From: an uncultured delta proteobacterium
GTDB lineage: Bacteria > Desulfobacterota > Zymogenia > Zymogenales > Zymogenaceae
Direction: 5' to 3'
DNA: 64,000 nt
Assembly: GCA_963735595.1 (NCBI GenBank)
Contig: CAVTLK010000005.1
Location: 448,001 to 512,000, forward strand
A program made the position numbers and the translations under genes. Under the pieces are notes generated by a model. That model was not told the origin of the DNA. It searched no databases and worked only from the letters and a program-made list of their open reading frames with translations. How positions within the stretch are numbered: the first letter of the stretch is position 1; the number at the start of each line of letters is the position of its first letter. Of the stretch, positions 40,197-49,095 are shown piece after piece.

Positions 40197-40976
40197 ATGG
40201 CCAGGAAATTCATCGACCTGTCTATCGCCATCGAGGACGGGCTTCCGTCGGACCCCCCTTTGATGATCCCCAAGATACAGTACGTCGACCACAAGCAGGG
40301 GGCGGGCACGATGGTCCCCTTTTTCCCCGGCATCGACCCCGACAAGGACCTGCCGGGCGGCCTCGGCTGGGCGGTGGAGCTGCTTTCAGTAAGCACGCAC
40401 GCCGGCACCCACATCGACGCGCCGTGGCACTACCACCCCACGCAGGACAAGGGTAAGCCCGCGTTGACGGTCGACGAGATGCCGCTGGAATGGTGCATCG
40501 CCGACGGGGTCGTGCTGGATTTCCGTAAATACCCGGATGGCTACAAGGTGACGCCCAAAGATGTGGACGACGAGCTGAAGCGGATCGGCTACACAATCAA
40601 GCCGAACGACGCCGTGCTCATCATGACCGGGGCCGACCGCAACTGGGGCAAGCTCGAATACCTCCTGACGGGCTGCGGGATGGGCAAGGAATCGACGCTG
40701 CACATCCTGGACATGGGGGTCAACGTCGTCGGGACCGACGCCTGGAGCTGGGACCGGCCGCTGCCGTTCATAGCACAGGACTACGCCAAGACCAAGGACG
40801 CGTCGCTCATCTGGGAGGCGCATTTTGCCGGCATCGAGAAGGGGTATTTCCAGATCGAGAAGCTAACCAACCTCGATAAGCTGCCGCCCTTCGGGTTTAC
40901 CTTCTATTGCTTTCCCGTCAAGATCAAGGCGGCCTCGGCCGGCTGGATTCGGGCGGTGGCCCAGGTGGATAAGTAA
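40197..40976 (+). CDS. Cyclase family (kynurenine formamidase-like) metallohydrolase
   Basis: IDLS, THAGTHIDAPWHY, VVGTDAWSWD, QIEKLTNLD, WIRAVA. Confidence 0.9.
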   Translation: MARKFIDLSIAIEDGLPSDPPLMIPKIQYVDHKQGAGTMVPFFPGIDPDKDLPGGLGWAVELLSVSTHAGTHIDAPWHYHPTQDKGKPALTVDEMPLEWCIADGVVLDFRKYPDGYKVTPKDVDDELKRIGYTIKPNDAVLIMTGADRNWGKLEYLLTGCGMGKESTLHILDMGVNVVGTDAWSWDRPLPFIAQDYAKTKDASLIWEAHFAGIEKGYFQIEKLTNLDKLPPFGFTFYCFPVKIKAASAGWIRAVAQVDK

Positions 40977-41035
40977 CGACGGTAGGTTTTCACGGAATCG
41001 AGACGGCTACGGCGGCGGGAGACGTCATTACCGCC

Positions 41036-41299
41036 GTCATTGCGAGGAGGCTTTAGCCGACGCGGCAATCTCTCCGCCGCCGGAGGCCTTACGGCGATAC
41101 AAAAAACACAACCGCACGAGAACCCGACGCGATGCTGAGATTGCTTCGGTCGTTTCACTCCCCTCGCAATGACGAGGGGTGTTGTACGGTGACAGTCGGT
41201 TGCTTCGTCGCTGACGCTCCTCGCAATGACGATAGTAATCGTCGCCGGAGGCGACAGGGTTAAGCATTGCCGCGCCCCCTGTCGGGGGCTCGCAATGAC
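41036..41299. repeat. Cluster of four REP-like palindromic units (GTCATTGCGAG..GCAATC family)
   Basis: One forward unit at 41036-41072 and three reverse units at 41137-41173, 41198-41230 and 41266-41299, each ending CTCGCAATGAC with a variable internal hairpin. Confidence 0.85.
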
Positions 41300-41323
41300 G
41301 GTGAAACGGGCGGCAATAGCGCT

Positions 41324-41360
41324 AAAAAGCGCTCCTTCGAAAGAAGGGGCGCTTCTTTTT
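41324..41360. terminator. Bidirectional rho-independent terminator
   Basis: AAGCGCTCCTTC-GAAA-GAAGGGGCGCTT, with an A run on the left and a T run on the right. Confidence 0.75.
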
Positions 41361-41385
41361 AAGAGATCTGGCGGACGTCCGTGAG

Positions 41386-42591
41386 TTATGCCGTTTTTAT
41401 CCGCTTTCCGTTGTAGCACCTCAGCGGGCCAAGGCTAAGGTAAAAGAGACAGTGGTTGCAGTGGATGCAGCCGGACGGCTCCCGGCTCCCCTCCTGTATC
41501 TTCCGGGGGAAGATCGGGCTATAGATCAGCGAGCGGGAAAGCGATATATAGTCGGCATCCCCGCTCGCGACGATATCCTCCATCGTCTTCGGCCGGATGA
41601 TACCGCCGACGGCAAAGACGGGCACCGTGACGCGCTCCTTAATGGCGCGGGCGGCGCTCCGGTTATAGTCCTCGTGAAAGGGCTCGGTCTTCATGATCCG
41701 GTCTCCGAAGCGGCGCATCACGAAGCGCATGAGGGCGTTTTTCCTGAACATCCCGAGGTCCTCGATCAAGACGTCCAGCGGGAGCCTGCCCCTCAGCGTG
41801 CTCATTCCGTCCTCGGCAATGCCGCAGCTCACCTCGATGCCGTCGATGCCCATCGCGGCAAGCCTCTCGGCCGCCCGGATGCCCTCGTCGATCTTGATGC
41901 CCTTCTTCATGTGATCATAGGCGCTGGTCTTGATGAGGATGGGAAAATCGTTACCGACGAGCTTGCGGCTCCTCGAGTAGATCTCCGAGACGAACCGCAT
42001 CCGGTTTTCCAGCGAGCCGCCCCATCGGTCCGTCCTCCGGTTGGTGTGGGGGTTGAGGAACCCGTTGACGAGGTAGCCATGGCCGCCGTGGAGCTGGACG
42101 GCGTCAAATCCGCTCTCCTTGACCCTTCGGGCGGCCTGCGCAAACGCCTCGATGGTCGGCTCGATGTCGTCTTCCGTCATTTCCCGGGGCGTCACGAAGT
42201 TCGATCCGTCCGTGACCGCCGAGGGCGCCATCGGCGTCTGCCCTATTGCGGCGCGGGTTGTCTGCCTGCCGCCGTGGGCGATCTGCATGGCGATTTTCAC
42301 GCCGGTCCCAAGCGAGTGGATGTGGTCGGTCAGGGCGCGCCAGGCGGCCACCGACTCGTCGGTGTCGATACCGGCCGATCCCGTCGGGAAGGTCTTCCCG
42401 TCCGGCGAGACATAGGTCATGCCGGTGATGATGAGGCCGACCCCTCCTTTCGCGAGCCGTCCGTAGAGGCCGTACAGGTCCTGGGTTGGCAGTCCGCCGT
42501 CGTCGCACATCCGTTCGACGGTCGCCGAGCGGACCAGGCGGTTTTTCAGCTCCATTGACTTAATGGCGGTCTTTTCGAACAGGTCGGGCAT
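41386..42591 (-). CDS. NADH:flavin oxidoreductase (Old Yellow Enzyme family)
   Basis: LKNRLVRSAT, QIAHGGRQ, GFDAVQLHGGHGYL, NRRTDRWGGSLENR, C-terminal CIHCNHC. Confidence 0.92.
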   Translation of the reverse strand: MPDLFEKTAIKSMELKNRLVRSATVERMCDDGGLPTQDLYGLYGRLAKGGVGLIITGMTYVSPDGKTFPTGSAGIDTDESVAAWRALTDHIHSLGTGVKIAMQIAHGGRQTTRAAIGQTPMAPSAVTDGSNFVTPREMTEDDIEPTIEAFAQAARRVKESGFDAVQLHGGHGYLVNGFLNPHTNRRTDRWGGSLENRMRFVSEIYSRSRKLVGNDFPILIKTSAYDHMKKGIKIDEGIRAAERLAAMGIDGIEVSCGIAEDGMSTLRGRLPLDVLIEDLGMFRKNALMRFVMRRFGDRIMKTEPFHEDYNRSAARAIKERVTVPVFAVGGIIRPKTMEDIVASGDADYISLSRSLIYSPIFPRKIQEGSREPSGCIHCNHCLFYLSLGPLRCYNGKRIKTA

Positions 42592-42733
42592 GGACGTTCT
42601 CCTCGGTATGGGTATTAATCGGGCGATACGTTACGAAGGCGTTAGAACCATATCATACCGGCCGGTCTATGTGAATAAAAAAAGGGAGGCCGGGTTTGGG
42701 CCGCGAACCTCCCTCGAGGGCGTTACCGAATTG

Positions 42734-43477
42734 CTACTGGTTATCGGTGGGCGGTACGAACGGGATACCGAACGGCAGCGAGATCCCCATTTCGCTCATC
42801 ATCAGGGCGTTCATCTCCGACTCCGGGGCCTGGGCGTAGCCGGCGGGTATCTCAAAGACCGAAGCGTCCGGATCGCCGAGGACGACGTTGCTGTACTCGA
42901 TAACCATCGATTCTCCCGGTGTCGTCTCGAACTCCTTCTTGATGGCAAAATTGTCCAGGTCCTGGGCCGCCCAGGAATAGTAGAAGAAAGGCTTCCCGTC
43001 CGGCAGCGTCATCGTGACCTTCCACTTAACGCAGGGGTGGCCGTTGACCACCTCCTCACCGAGCCGCTCGGACTCCACCTTCACATCCTTCGGGTTGATC
43101 AGGAGGGGCGCGCCCTCGGTCGCGTCGACCGGCTTGATAGGCGTCTCGACATACTTCATGCTCTTTGGGAAGAGCTGCCAGTTGACGCCCTTGTCGGGGC
43201 GGTTGATCATAATCATGGTGAAGGAAGGGACGCCCGGCTGAACCATCCGGTTCTCGGTACGGGTCAGCTCACAGTTGGTGTAGATCGTGCCCTCCATGAT
43301 GGTCGCGCCGACGCCGCCCCTGACTATCTTCTGGACAAAATCCGCCTGGTAGTCACAGGCAAATTCCGTCGGCGTCCCGCCGAACGGCCCCTTCGGGCAG
43401 CCGGAGAAGACCAGACACAGGGAAAGCCCCACAAGCAGTAACACCGCGGCCGACGGCCGCGCAATCGTGCGCATCAT
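42734..43477 (-). CDS. DUF4412-like lipoprotein
   Basis: Lipobox VFSGC; INRPDKGVNWQL, LGEEVVNGHPCVKW, DASVFEIPAGY. Confidence 0.7.
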   Translation of the reverse strand: MMRTIARPSAAVLLLVGLSLCLVFSGCPKGPFGGTPTEFACDYQADFVQKIVRGGVGATIMEGTIYTNCELTRTENRMVQPGVPSFTMIMINRPDKGVNWQLFPKSMKYVETPIKPVDATEGAPLLINPKDVKVESERLGEEVVNGHPCVKWKVTMTLPDGKPFFYYSWAAQDLDNFAIKKEFETTPGESMVIEYSNVVLGDPDASVFEIPAGYAQAPESEMNALMMSEMGISLPFGIPFVPPTDNQ

Positions 43478-43562
43478 TATTACACCTCCTGTAAAACATA
43501 CAAATGATCGCATATAAGTATACTATTTATGGCGCCCGGGCGCAAGGGCCGCGCCTATTTCG

Positions 43563-43591
43563 TTGATTTTTCCCGATCGTTCCCGTATTAT
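43563..43591 (+). promoter_or_regulatory. Sigma-70 promoter of the DUF5058 operon
   Basis: TTGATT (43563)-17 bp-TATTAT (43586). Confidence 0.5.
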
Positions 43592-43636
43592 GGTGGCTCA
43601 TTGGGTAATCATTCCATTCATTGAGCGAGGTATTGT

Positions 43637-44362
43637 ATGGGTGACAACTACCTTTCGATCGCCAACAGCTGGGGAATGTGGCTTGCCTCGGGCGCCATCA
43701 TCGTGGTGGTGTTCGTCCAGGCGATACGGCTGTCAATGATCTCATTTCGCACCGGCCGCGAGATTGGGATGCCCGCAAGCCAGCTCTGGCAGGCCTTCAG
43801 GACGGGGCTCACCACGTCCATCGTCCCTGCAATCGCGGTCCTGCTGGGGCTCATCGTCATGATCCCCAAGCTCGGCCTGCCGTTTCCGTGGATGCGGCTT
43901 TCGGTCATCGGATCGGTCTCCTATGAGCTGATGGCCGCGGGGATCGGCGCCGGCGCCGTGGTTGACGGGGGACTTTCCGGCAACATGAACGGTATCGCCT
44001 TTGCCAACGCTGTCTGGGCGATGTCCATCGGATCTATCTTCGCCCTTATTATTGTGGGTTTCTTCACTCCCAACATCATGAAGCTCAAGGACAAGATCGC
44101 CGGCGGCGACGAGGGCTGGATGAAGGTGATGACCGCGGCGGCCTTTTTCGGCGCCGTGGGCTACATGGTGGCCCAGCCCGTCGTGAAACGGGGCACGCCG
44201 CTGGTTGCGCTCATCGGCGGATTCGTCACGATGGCCCTGCTGGGGATTATGATTACGGCCGGAAAACAGAACTGGCTCAAGGAGTGGGCGCTATCGCTGG
44301 CGATCATCGGCGGGATGGCGGCTGCGGGACTTGCCTACTTCTGGTTTGGGATAGGAGGGTAA
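43637..44362 (+). CDS. DUF5058 family membrane protein
   Basis: YLSIANS, SIVPAIAV, PFPWMRLSVIGSVSYELMAA, WLKEWALSLA. Confidence 0.8.
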   Translation: MGDNYLSIANSWGMWLASGAIIVVVFVQAIRLSMISFRTGREIGMPASQLWQAFRTGLTTSIVPAIAVLLGLIVMIPKLGLPFPWMRLSVIGSVSYELMAAGIGAGAVVDGGLSGNMNGIAFANAVWAMSIGSIFALIIVGFFTPNIMKLKDKIAGGDEGWMKVMTAAAFFGAVGYMVAQPVVKRGTPLVALIGGFVTMALLGIMITAGKQNWLKEWALSLAIIGGMAAAGLAYFWFGIGG

Positions 44363-44363
44363 G

Positions 44364-45059
44364 ATGGAAGACAAGAACCAAATATTTCAGTCGCGGTTCA
44401 TCGGTCCGGTTAAGAACACAGGGATGATTACGATGATAATCGCCGCCCTCTGCCTCTTTATCCCGGGCCTTTACCTATATATTTTCCACGGGCTCATTCC
44501 GCCCTTCTGGAGTATGGTCTCGGCCATCGTCGCCGTCTGGTCGTTCATGGCCATCATGGCCGTCGTGGAGCCTATCGTCTACTATCCGGTCCTCGGATTC
44601 GGGGGCACCTATATGTCGTTTTTGGTGGGAAACGTCCTGAACCTGCGCGTCCCCGTCTCGGCGACGGCCCAGCAGGTCGTGGGCACCAAGGAGGGAACGC
44701 CGGAGGCCGAGATCGTCTCCACCCTCGGCATTGCGGGCTCCGTCATCGGCAGCCAGCTCGTGATGATTGTCGGGGTGCTGGCCTTTCTCCCCTTTATAAC
44801 GGCGCTTGAAGGCACAGGCTCGGCCGTCAAGGTGGCGCTGGATCAGGTGCTGCCGGCGCTGTTCGGGGCGCTGGGCGGGGTCTTCCTGTTCAGGGTGCCG
44901 AAGCTCGGGATCGTTCCGCTGGGGCTGGGCCTGATCGTCGCCCTGATCAACCCGAATCTTCCGTTTTCCATCGTGATTCCGCCGATGGTCATCCTCTCGA
45001 TCATCGCGGCGCGCATCATGTATAAAAAGAAGTGGGTCAAGGGAGAGGGGATGATGTAG
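44364..45059 (+). CDS. Membrane protein, partner of DUF5058 (putative permease subunit)
   Basis: VEPIVYYPVLGFGGTYMSFLVGNVLNLRVP, GTPEAEIVSTLGIAGS, VLPALFGA; starts 1 nt after the upstream stop. Confidence 0.75.
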   Translation: MEDKNQIFQSRFIGPVKNTGMITMIIAALCLFIPGLYLYIFHGLIPPFWSMVSAIVAVWSFMAIMAVVEPIVYYPVLGFGGTYMSFLVGNVLNLRVPVSATAQQVVGTKEGTPEAEIVSTLGIAGSVIGSQLVMIVGVLAFLPFITALEGTGSAVKVALDQVLPALFGALGGVFLFRVPKLGIVPLGLGLIVALINPNLPFSIVIPPMVILSIIAARIMYKKKWVKGEGMM

Positions 45060-45073
45060 CAAGGAGGTCGGAA

Positions 45074-46333
45074 GTGAAATACGATGAAGCGTTCCGCGCG
45101 GTAGAAAGGAACGAGGACTATATCGTCGATATCCTCAGGAAAGTCATCGCGGTGGACACGAGCGTGCCGCCGGGAGAGAACTACGCCAAGCTCATCGACA
45201 TCGTGGAGCCCGAATATAAGAAATTCGGGTTCTCCACCAAGCGGGTGGTCGTGCCGGAGGATAAGGTCAGGCAGATGCCCTGGGAGCTGAAGGGCGAGCG
45301 CACCAACCTGGTGGCGACCCTCGGCAACGGCAAGCCCCCGGTTACCGCCTACGCCCACATGGACGTGGTGCCGGTGGACGAGCCCTGGACGAAGGACCCC
45401 TTCGGCGGGGAAATCGTCGACGGGAAGCTGTACGGACGCGGCACCGTGGATATGAAAAACGCGATCGCCTGCTTCCTGGGGGCGATGAAAGTTCTTCATG
45501 ACCTCGGGATCGATCCGCTGTACGACGTCGGCTGCAATCTCTGCACCGACGAGGAGCTGGGAGTCTATCCCGGCGCGCGGTACCTGGCCGAGGAGGGGTA
45601 TTTCTCCCCACACCTGATGTGGCTCGAGCTGGGAGCGATGGAGCCGATCGTCACCATCGGGGCGGCGGGCTCCATCCGCATAGACGTGACGGCGATCGGC
45701 AAGAGCTGCCATTCGGGAATGAACTACCTGGGCGTCAACGCGGTGGAAGAGCTGGTCCCCGTGATGCAGGAGCTGATGTCCCTCAAGCGTGAGGTCGAAA
45801 AGCGCGTGTCACGCATCCCGACCTTTCCGCTGCCCGGCGCTCCCTCCGATAAAATGACGCCGATGTTCAATCTCACCATCGTTAAGGGCGGGACGAAGGA
45901 AAACATCGTTCCGGGAGAATGCAGGCTGACCATCAACCGCCGCTATATCATCGACGAACGGTATGACGACGTGATTGCCGAGATCACCGCCGCGCTGGAG
46001 AGGGGCAAGAAGAAGTCGAAGCTCCTGGATATGACGGTCAACGTCGTCCATTCCTATCCGCCGGTGGAGCTGGACCCCGAAAACCGGGCCGTAAAGAAGA
46101 TGAAGGAGGCCAAGAAGGCGGTGAAGGGATATGAATATTTCATCGCGGGCGGTATATCGGGCTCGACCGATCTCGGGTTCGTGGCCGAGGCCCTGAAGCC
46201 CGCCCCGATCGAGGCGGCGGGCTTCGGCGTGATCCGTGCCTCCAACATCCTTGCCCATGCCGCCGACGAGTTCGTCTTTGTGGAGGACCTCGTGGCGATG
46301 ACCAAGGAGCTGGTCCACTATATGGCGTTCTGA
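45074..46333 (+). CDS. M20 family ArgE/DapE-like deacylase
   Basis: AHMDVVP, LYGRGTVDMK, TDEELG, GKSCH, ENIVPGEC, AHAADE; GTG start after AAGGAGG. Confidence 0.9.
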   Translation: MKYDEAFRAVERNEDYIVDILRKVIAVDTSVPPGENYAKLIDIVEPEYKKFGFSTKRVVVPEDKVRQMPWELKGERTNLVATLGNGKPPVTAYAHMDVVPVDEPWTKDPFGGEIVDGKLYGRGTVDMKNAIACFLGAMKVLHDLGIDPLYDVGCNLCTDEELGVYPGARYLAEEGYFSPHLMWLELGAMEPIVTIGAAGSIRIDVTAIGKSCHSGMNYLGVNAVEELVPVMQELMSLKREVEKRVSRIPTFPLPGAPSDKMTPMFNLTIVKGGTKENIVPGECRLTINRRYIIDERYDDVIAEITAALERGKKKSKLLDMTVNVVHSYPPVELDPENRAVKKMKEAKKAVKGYEYFIAGGISGSTDLGFVAEALKPAPIEAAGFGVIRASNILAHAADEFVFVEDLVAMTKELVHYMAF

Positions 46334-46436
46334 CGTATCCAAGACGGGCCGGCGGACGGATTTCAGTGATCTTCCCGGGGCCGGCCGATGCGGTACGCTC
46401 ATTGTCAGGCGCGGATGCGAGGAATATACACGTTTT

Positions 46437-47456
46437 ATGAAGGCTGCCTGTTTCTCACAAGAACAAAAGAGGCTGGTTGTCGCCGAGGTTGAGCGCCCCG
46501 TTCCGGGCCCGGATCAGGCCCTGATTCGGGTGGCGGCCGTGGGTATCTGCGGCTCCGACCTCACCCTCTTTTCTTCGGGCACGCTGCGCGACGGCTACGT
46601 CATGGGCCACGAGGTTTCCGGCGTAATCGTCGAGACGGGAAATGACGTCCGTACCTTTAGCGCCGGCGACCGGGTCGTGGTGAGGCCCGCCGGGTGCGGC
46701 AGCTGTCTCATGTGCGGGAGGGGCCTGCCGCACCTGTGCTCGGCCAAGCTTGCCGTCGGGACGGGGTCGCAAATGGGGGGGTACGCGGAGTATATCCGCG
46801 TTCCCGAGCGGATGCTCATGGCGGTCCCTGACGACGTCTCGCTTTCGGACGCCGCGCTGGTGGACACCATCGCCGTGGCCTGCCACGGTATCGCCCGCGC
46901 CGACGTCCGGGCAGGCGAAGACGTGGTGATCTTCGGCGCAGGCCCGATCGGGCTTTCGGCCCTCATGGTGCTCTCCGAGATGGGTGCGGGCCGGCTCGGT
47001 GTCGTCGAGGTCAACGAAGGCAGACAGCGGATTGCCGCCGAGTTCGGCGCCCGATTCGTCTGCTCTCCGAGGGAGGAGGGCTATCAGCAGCGCCTCCGGG
47101 ACGACTTCGGGGGGGCAGGGCCCGACGCGGCGCTCGAATTCGCGGGCAGGGCCGACGCAATAAAGGGAGCCTTGGATATCGTGAGGCCGGGCGGCCGGGC
47201 CGCGCTGGTGGGGGTCACCTTCGAGCCGCTGACGATTTACCCGATCGCGATCACGATGCGGGAGGTCTCGATCTTCCCGGTCTTCTCCACCAGGGCCGTC
47301 GATAACGAGGCGGCCCTGTCATTCATCAGGCGGCGGCGCGATGAAGCGGCGCGCCTGGTTTCGGACGTCATCACCATCGACAGCCTCCCGGCGGTATTTT
47401 CCGACCTCGTTGCCGGGGCGCTGAAAAAAAAGGTGATGATCGAGTTTTTTAAATAG
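46437..47456 (+). CDS. Zn-dependent medium-chain dehydrogenase
   Basis: GICGSD, GHE, CGSCLMC..C, GAGPIG. Confidence 0.9.
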   Translation: MKAACFSQEQKRLVVAEVERPVPGPDQALIRVAAVGICGSDLTLFSSGTLRDGYVMGHEVSGVIVETGNDVRTFSAGDRVVVRPAGCGSCLMCGRGLPHLCSAKLAVGTGSQMGGYAEYIRVPERMLMAVPDDVSLSDAALVDTIAVACHGIARADVRAGEDVVIFGAGPIGLSALMVLSEMGAGRLGVVEVNEGRQRIAAEFGARFVCSPREEGYQQRLRDDFGGAGPDAALEFAGRADAIKGALDIVRPGGRAALVGVTFEPLTIYPIAITMREVSIFPVFSTRAVDNEAALSFIRRRRDEAARLVSDVITIDSLPAVFSDLVAGALKKKVMIEFFK

Positions 47457-47490
47457 CCGCGACGATCAAACAGCAGGGGTAACAGTAACG

Positions 47491-48948
47491 ATGGGAACCA
47501 ATCGCCGGGTCGTTCTCATCAATCCGCCCGCCGAGGTCTGGGGGGAGGGGAAGGGCCGGCTTGCGCCGATTCTCAATACCCTACCGCAGATCGGGATCGC
47601 TTCTCTGGCGGCCGTTCTGAGGCAACAGGGGATCGAGGTCTTCATTATCGACGGCCAGGCGCTCGGCATGACCCCGAAAGAGGTCGTCGCGTGGGCGGTA
47701 GACCGCTCCCCGGCGGCCGTCGGACTGACCGGGTATACCTCCTCGATTCACGCGGCGGCCGCAATAGCCCGGGATATCAAGGCGGCGCTCCCCGGCGTCG
47801 TTACGGTCATCGGGGGGCCCCACGTCACGGCCGTGCCCGAACAGACGATGACGGCCTTTGCCGATTTCGACTACGGGCTGATCGGCGAGGGGGAGCGTTC
47901 GGCTCCCGGCCTGTTTGAGTCGATCCTTGCGGGTGAACCCCCCGTACACGTTGCCGGCGCGGTCCGGCGGGAAGGCGGTGCGGTTCGGGTCAATACACGT
48001 CCCGAGCTGATCGACGATCTGGACACGATCCCCCCTCCCGCGTTCGACCTGTTGCCGGGGTTTCCCAATTCCTACCACCCCCCGATCTTCCACTCGCCGA
48101 AGGGAAAGGCGGTTACGCTGGTTACGTCGCGCGGGTGCCCCTTCCACTGCACTTTCTGCGATAGGGGGGTCTTCGGCAACCGGTATCGGTTCCACAGCGT
48201 CGGGTACATCGTCGAGATGATCCGGCGGCTCAAAGAGGCCCACGGTATAGATCATTTTATCTTCTACGATGATAACTTCACCGCCGACAAGCGCCACCTG
48301 GCGGCGCTCTGCGAGGCGATCATGCGGCTGCCGTTTCGCATCACGTTTGCCTGCGATGCCCGGGCCGACCTCGTGGACAAGGAGATGCTTGCCCTCATGA
48401 AACGGGCGGGCGCCTGGATGATCAGCTATGGGATCGAAACGGCAAATCCCGAGCTGCTCAGGCTTCTGGACAAGTCACTGTCGCTTTCCCGGGCGGAACG
48501 GGCGGTGCGCCTGACCAGGGAGGCCGGCATCATCGTGAAGGGCCTGTTCATGATCGGCGTGCCGGGAGAGACCGTCCAGACCATCGAGCGGACGAAGGCG
48601 TTCATCGACCGGCTTCCCTTTGACCTGATCAACGTATCGAAGTTCACTCCCTATCCCGGCAGCGACATACACCGCACGATCTCGCAATACGGCAGCTTCC
48701 AGGAAGATTGGAAGCAGATGAGCGCAATGAACTTCGTGTTCTGGCCGAACACGGTCGACCGGGAAGTCCTCAAGAGGGAGGGCATGGCCATCCCCGCCGA
48801 GTTCTATAGTAAGCCCAGCCGGATTAAAAACATCTTCAGGCGGACGATGAACCGGCGGGACGCGGCGCGGATCGCCTACCTCATTTTCCTGAAAGCTACC
48901 GGCAGGCTGCGGGGTGTTTTTGCGGTCGATGGGGAGAGTGCGCAGTGA
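47491..48948 (+). CDS. B12-binding radical SAM protein
   Basis: VVLINPP, GIASLAA, GGPHVT, GEGE, TSRGCPFHCTFC, DDNF, YGIET. Confidence 0.92.
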   Translation: MGTNRRVVLINPPAEVWGEGKGRLAPILNTLPQIGIASLAAVLRQQGIEVFIIDGQALGMTPKEVVAWAVDRSPAAVGLTGYTSSIHAAAAIARDIKAALPGVVTVIGGPHVTAVPEQTMTAFADFDYGLIGEGERSAPGLFESILAGEPPVHVAGAVRREGGAVRVNTRPELIDDLDTIPPPAFDLLPGFPNSYHPPIFHSPKGKAVTLVTSRGCPFHCTFCDRGVFGNRYRFHSVGYIVEMIRRLKEAHGIDHFIFYDDNFTADKRHLAALCEAIMRLPFRITFACDARADLVDKEMLALMKRAGAWMISYGIETANPELLRLLDKSLSLSRAERAVRLTREAGIIVKGLFMIGVPGETVQTIERTKAFIDRLPFDLINVSKFTPYPGSDIHRTISQYGSFQEDWKQMSAMNFVFWPNTVDREVLKREGMAIPAEFYSKPSRIKNIFRRTMNRRDAARIAYLIFLKATGRLRGVFAVDGESAQ

Positions 48949-49095
48949 ACGGAGAAATCGTGGTTTTCTCTTGTTCGTCCTGCCGGTACGCGGCGCCGGA
49001 GTGGTGGGAATTGGCGTGGTCGCGGATTGACCCGTTTTTCGGTTATACGCCGTAAGCAATAGAGGGATTATTATAGTTACCTTGTGGAGCGTGCT

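Noticed and set aside
41036..41299. CRISPR array
   Set aside because: Units are in mixed orientation, vary internally and are irregularly spaced, and there are no cas genes. REP-like palindromes fit better.
40904..41419. ORFs 40904..41419 and 41037..41267
   Set aside because: They are translations of the palindromic repeats (VIAR.., RHCE.. peptides), not credible genes.
48949..49095. Cobalamin riboswitch upstream of the MttB/corrinoid genes
   Set aside because: Only a GGGAA is present; I found no B12-box or matching paired regions.
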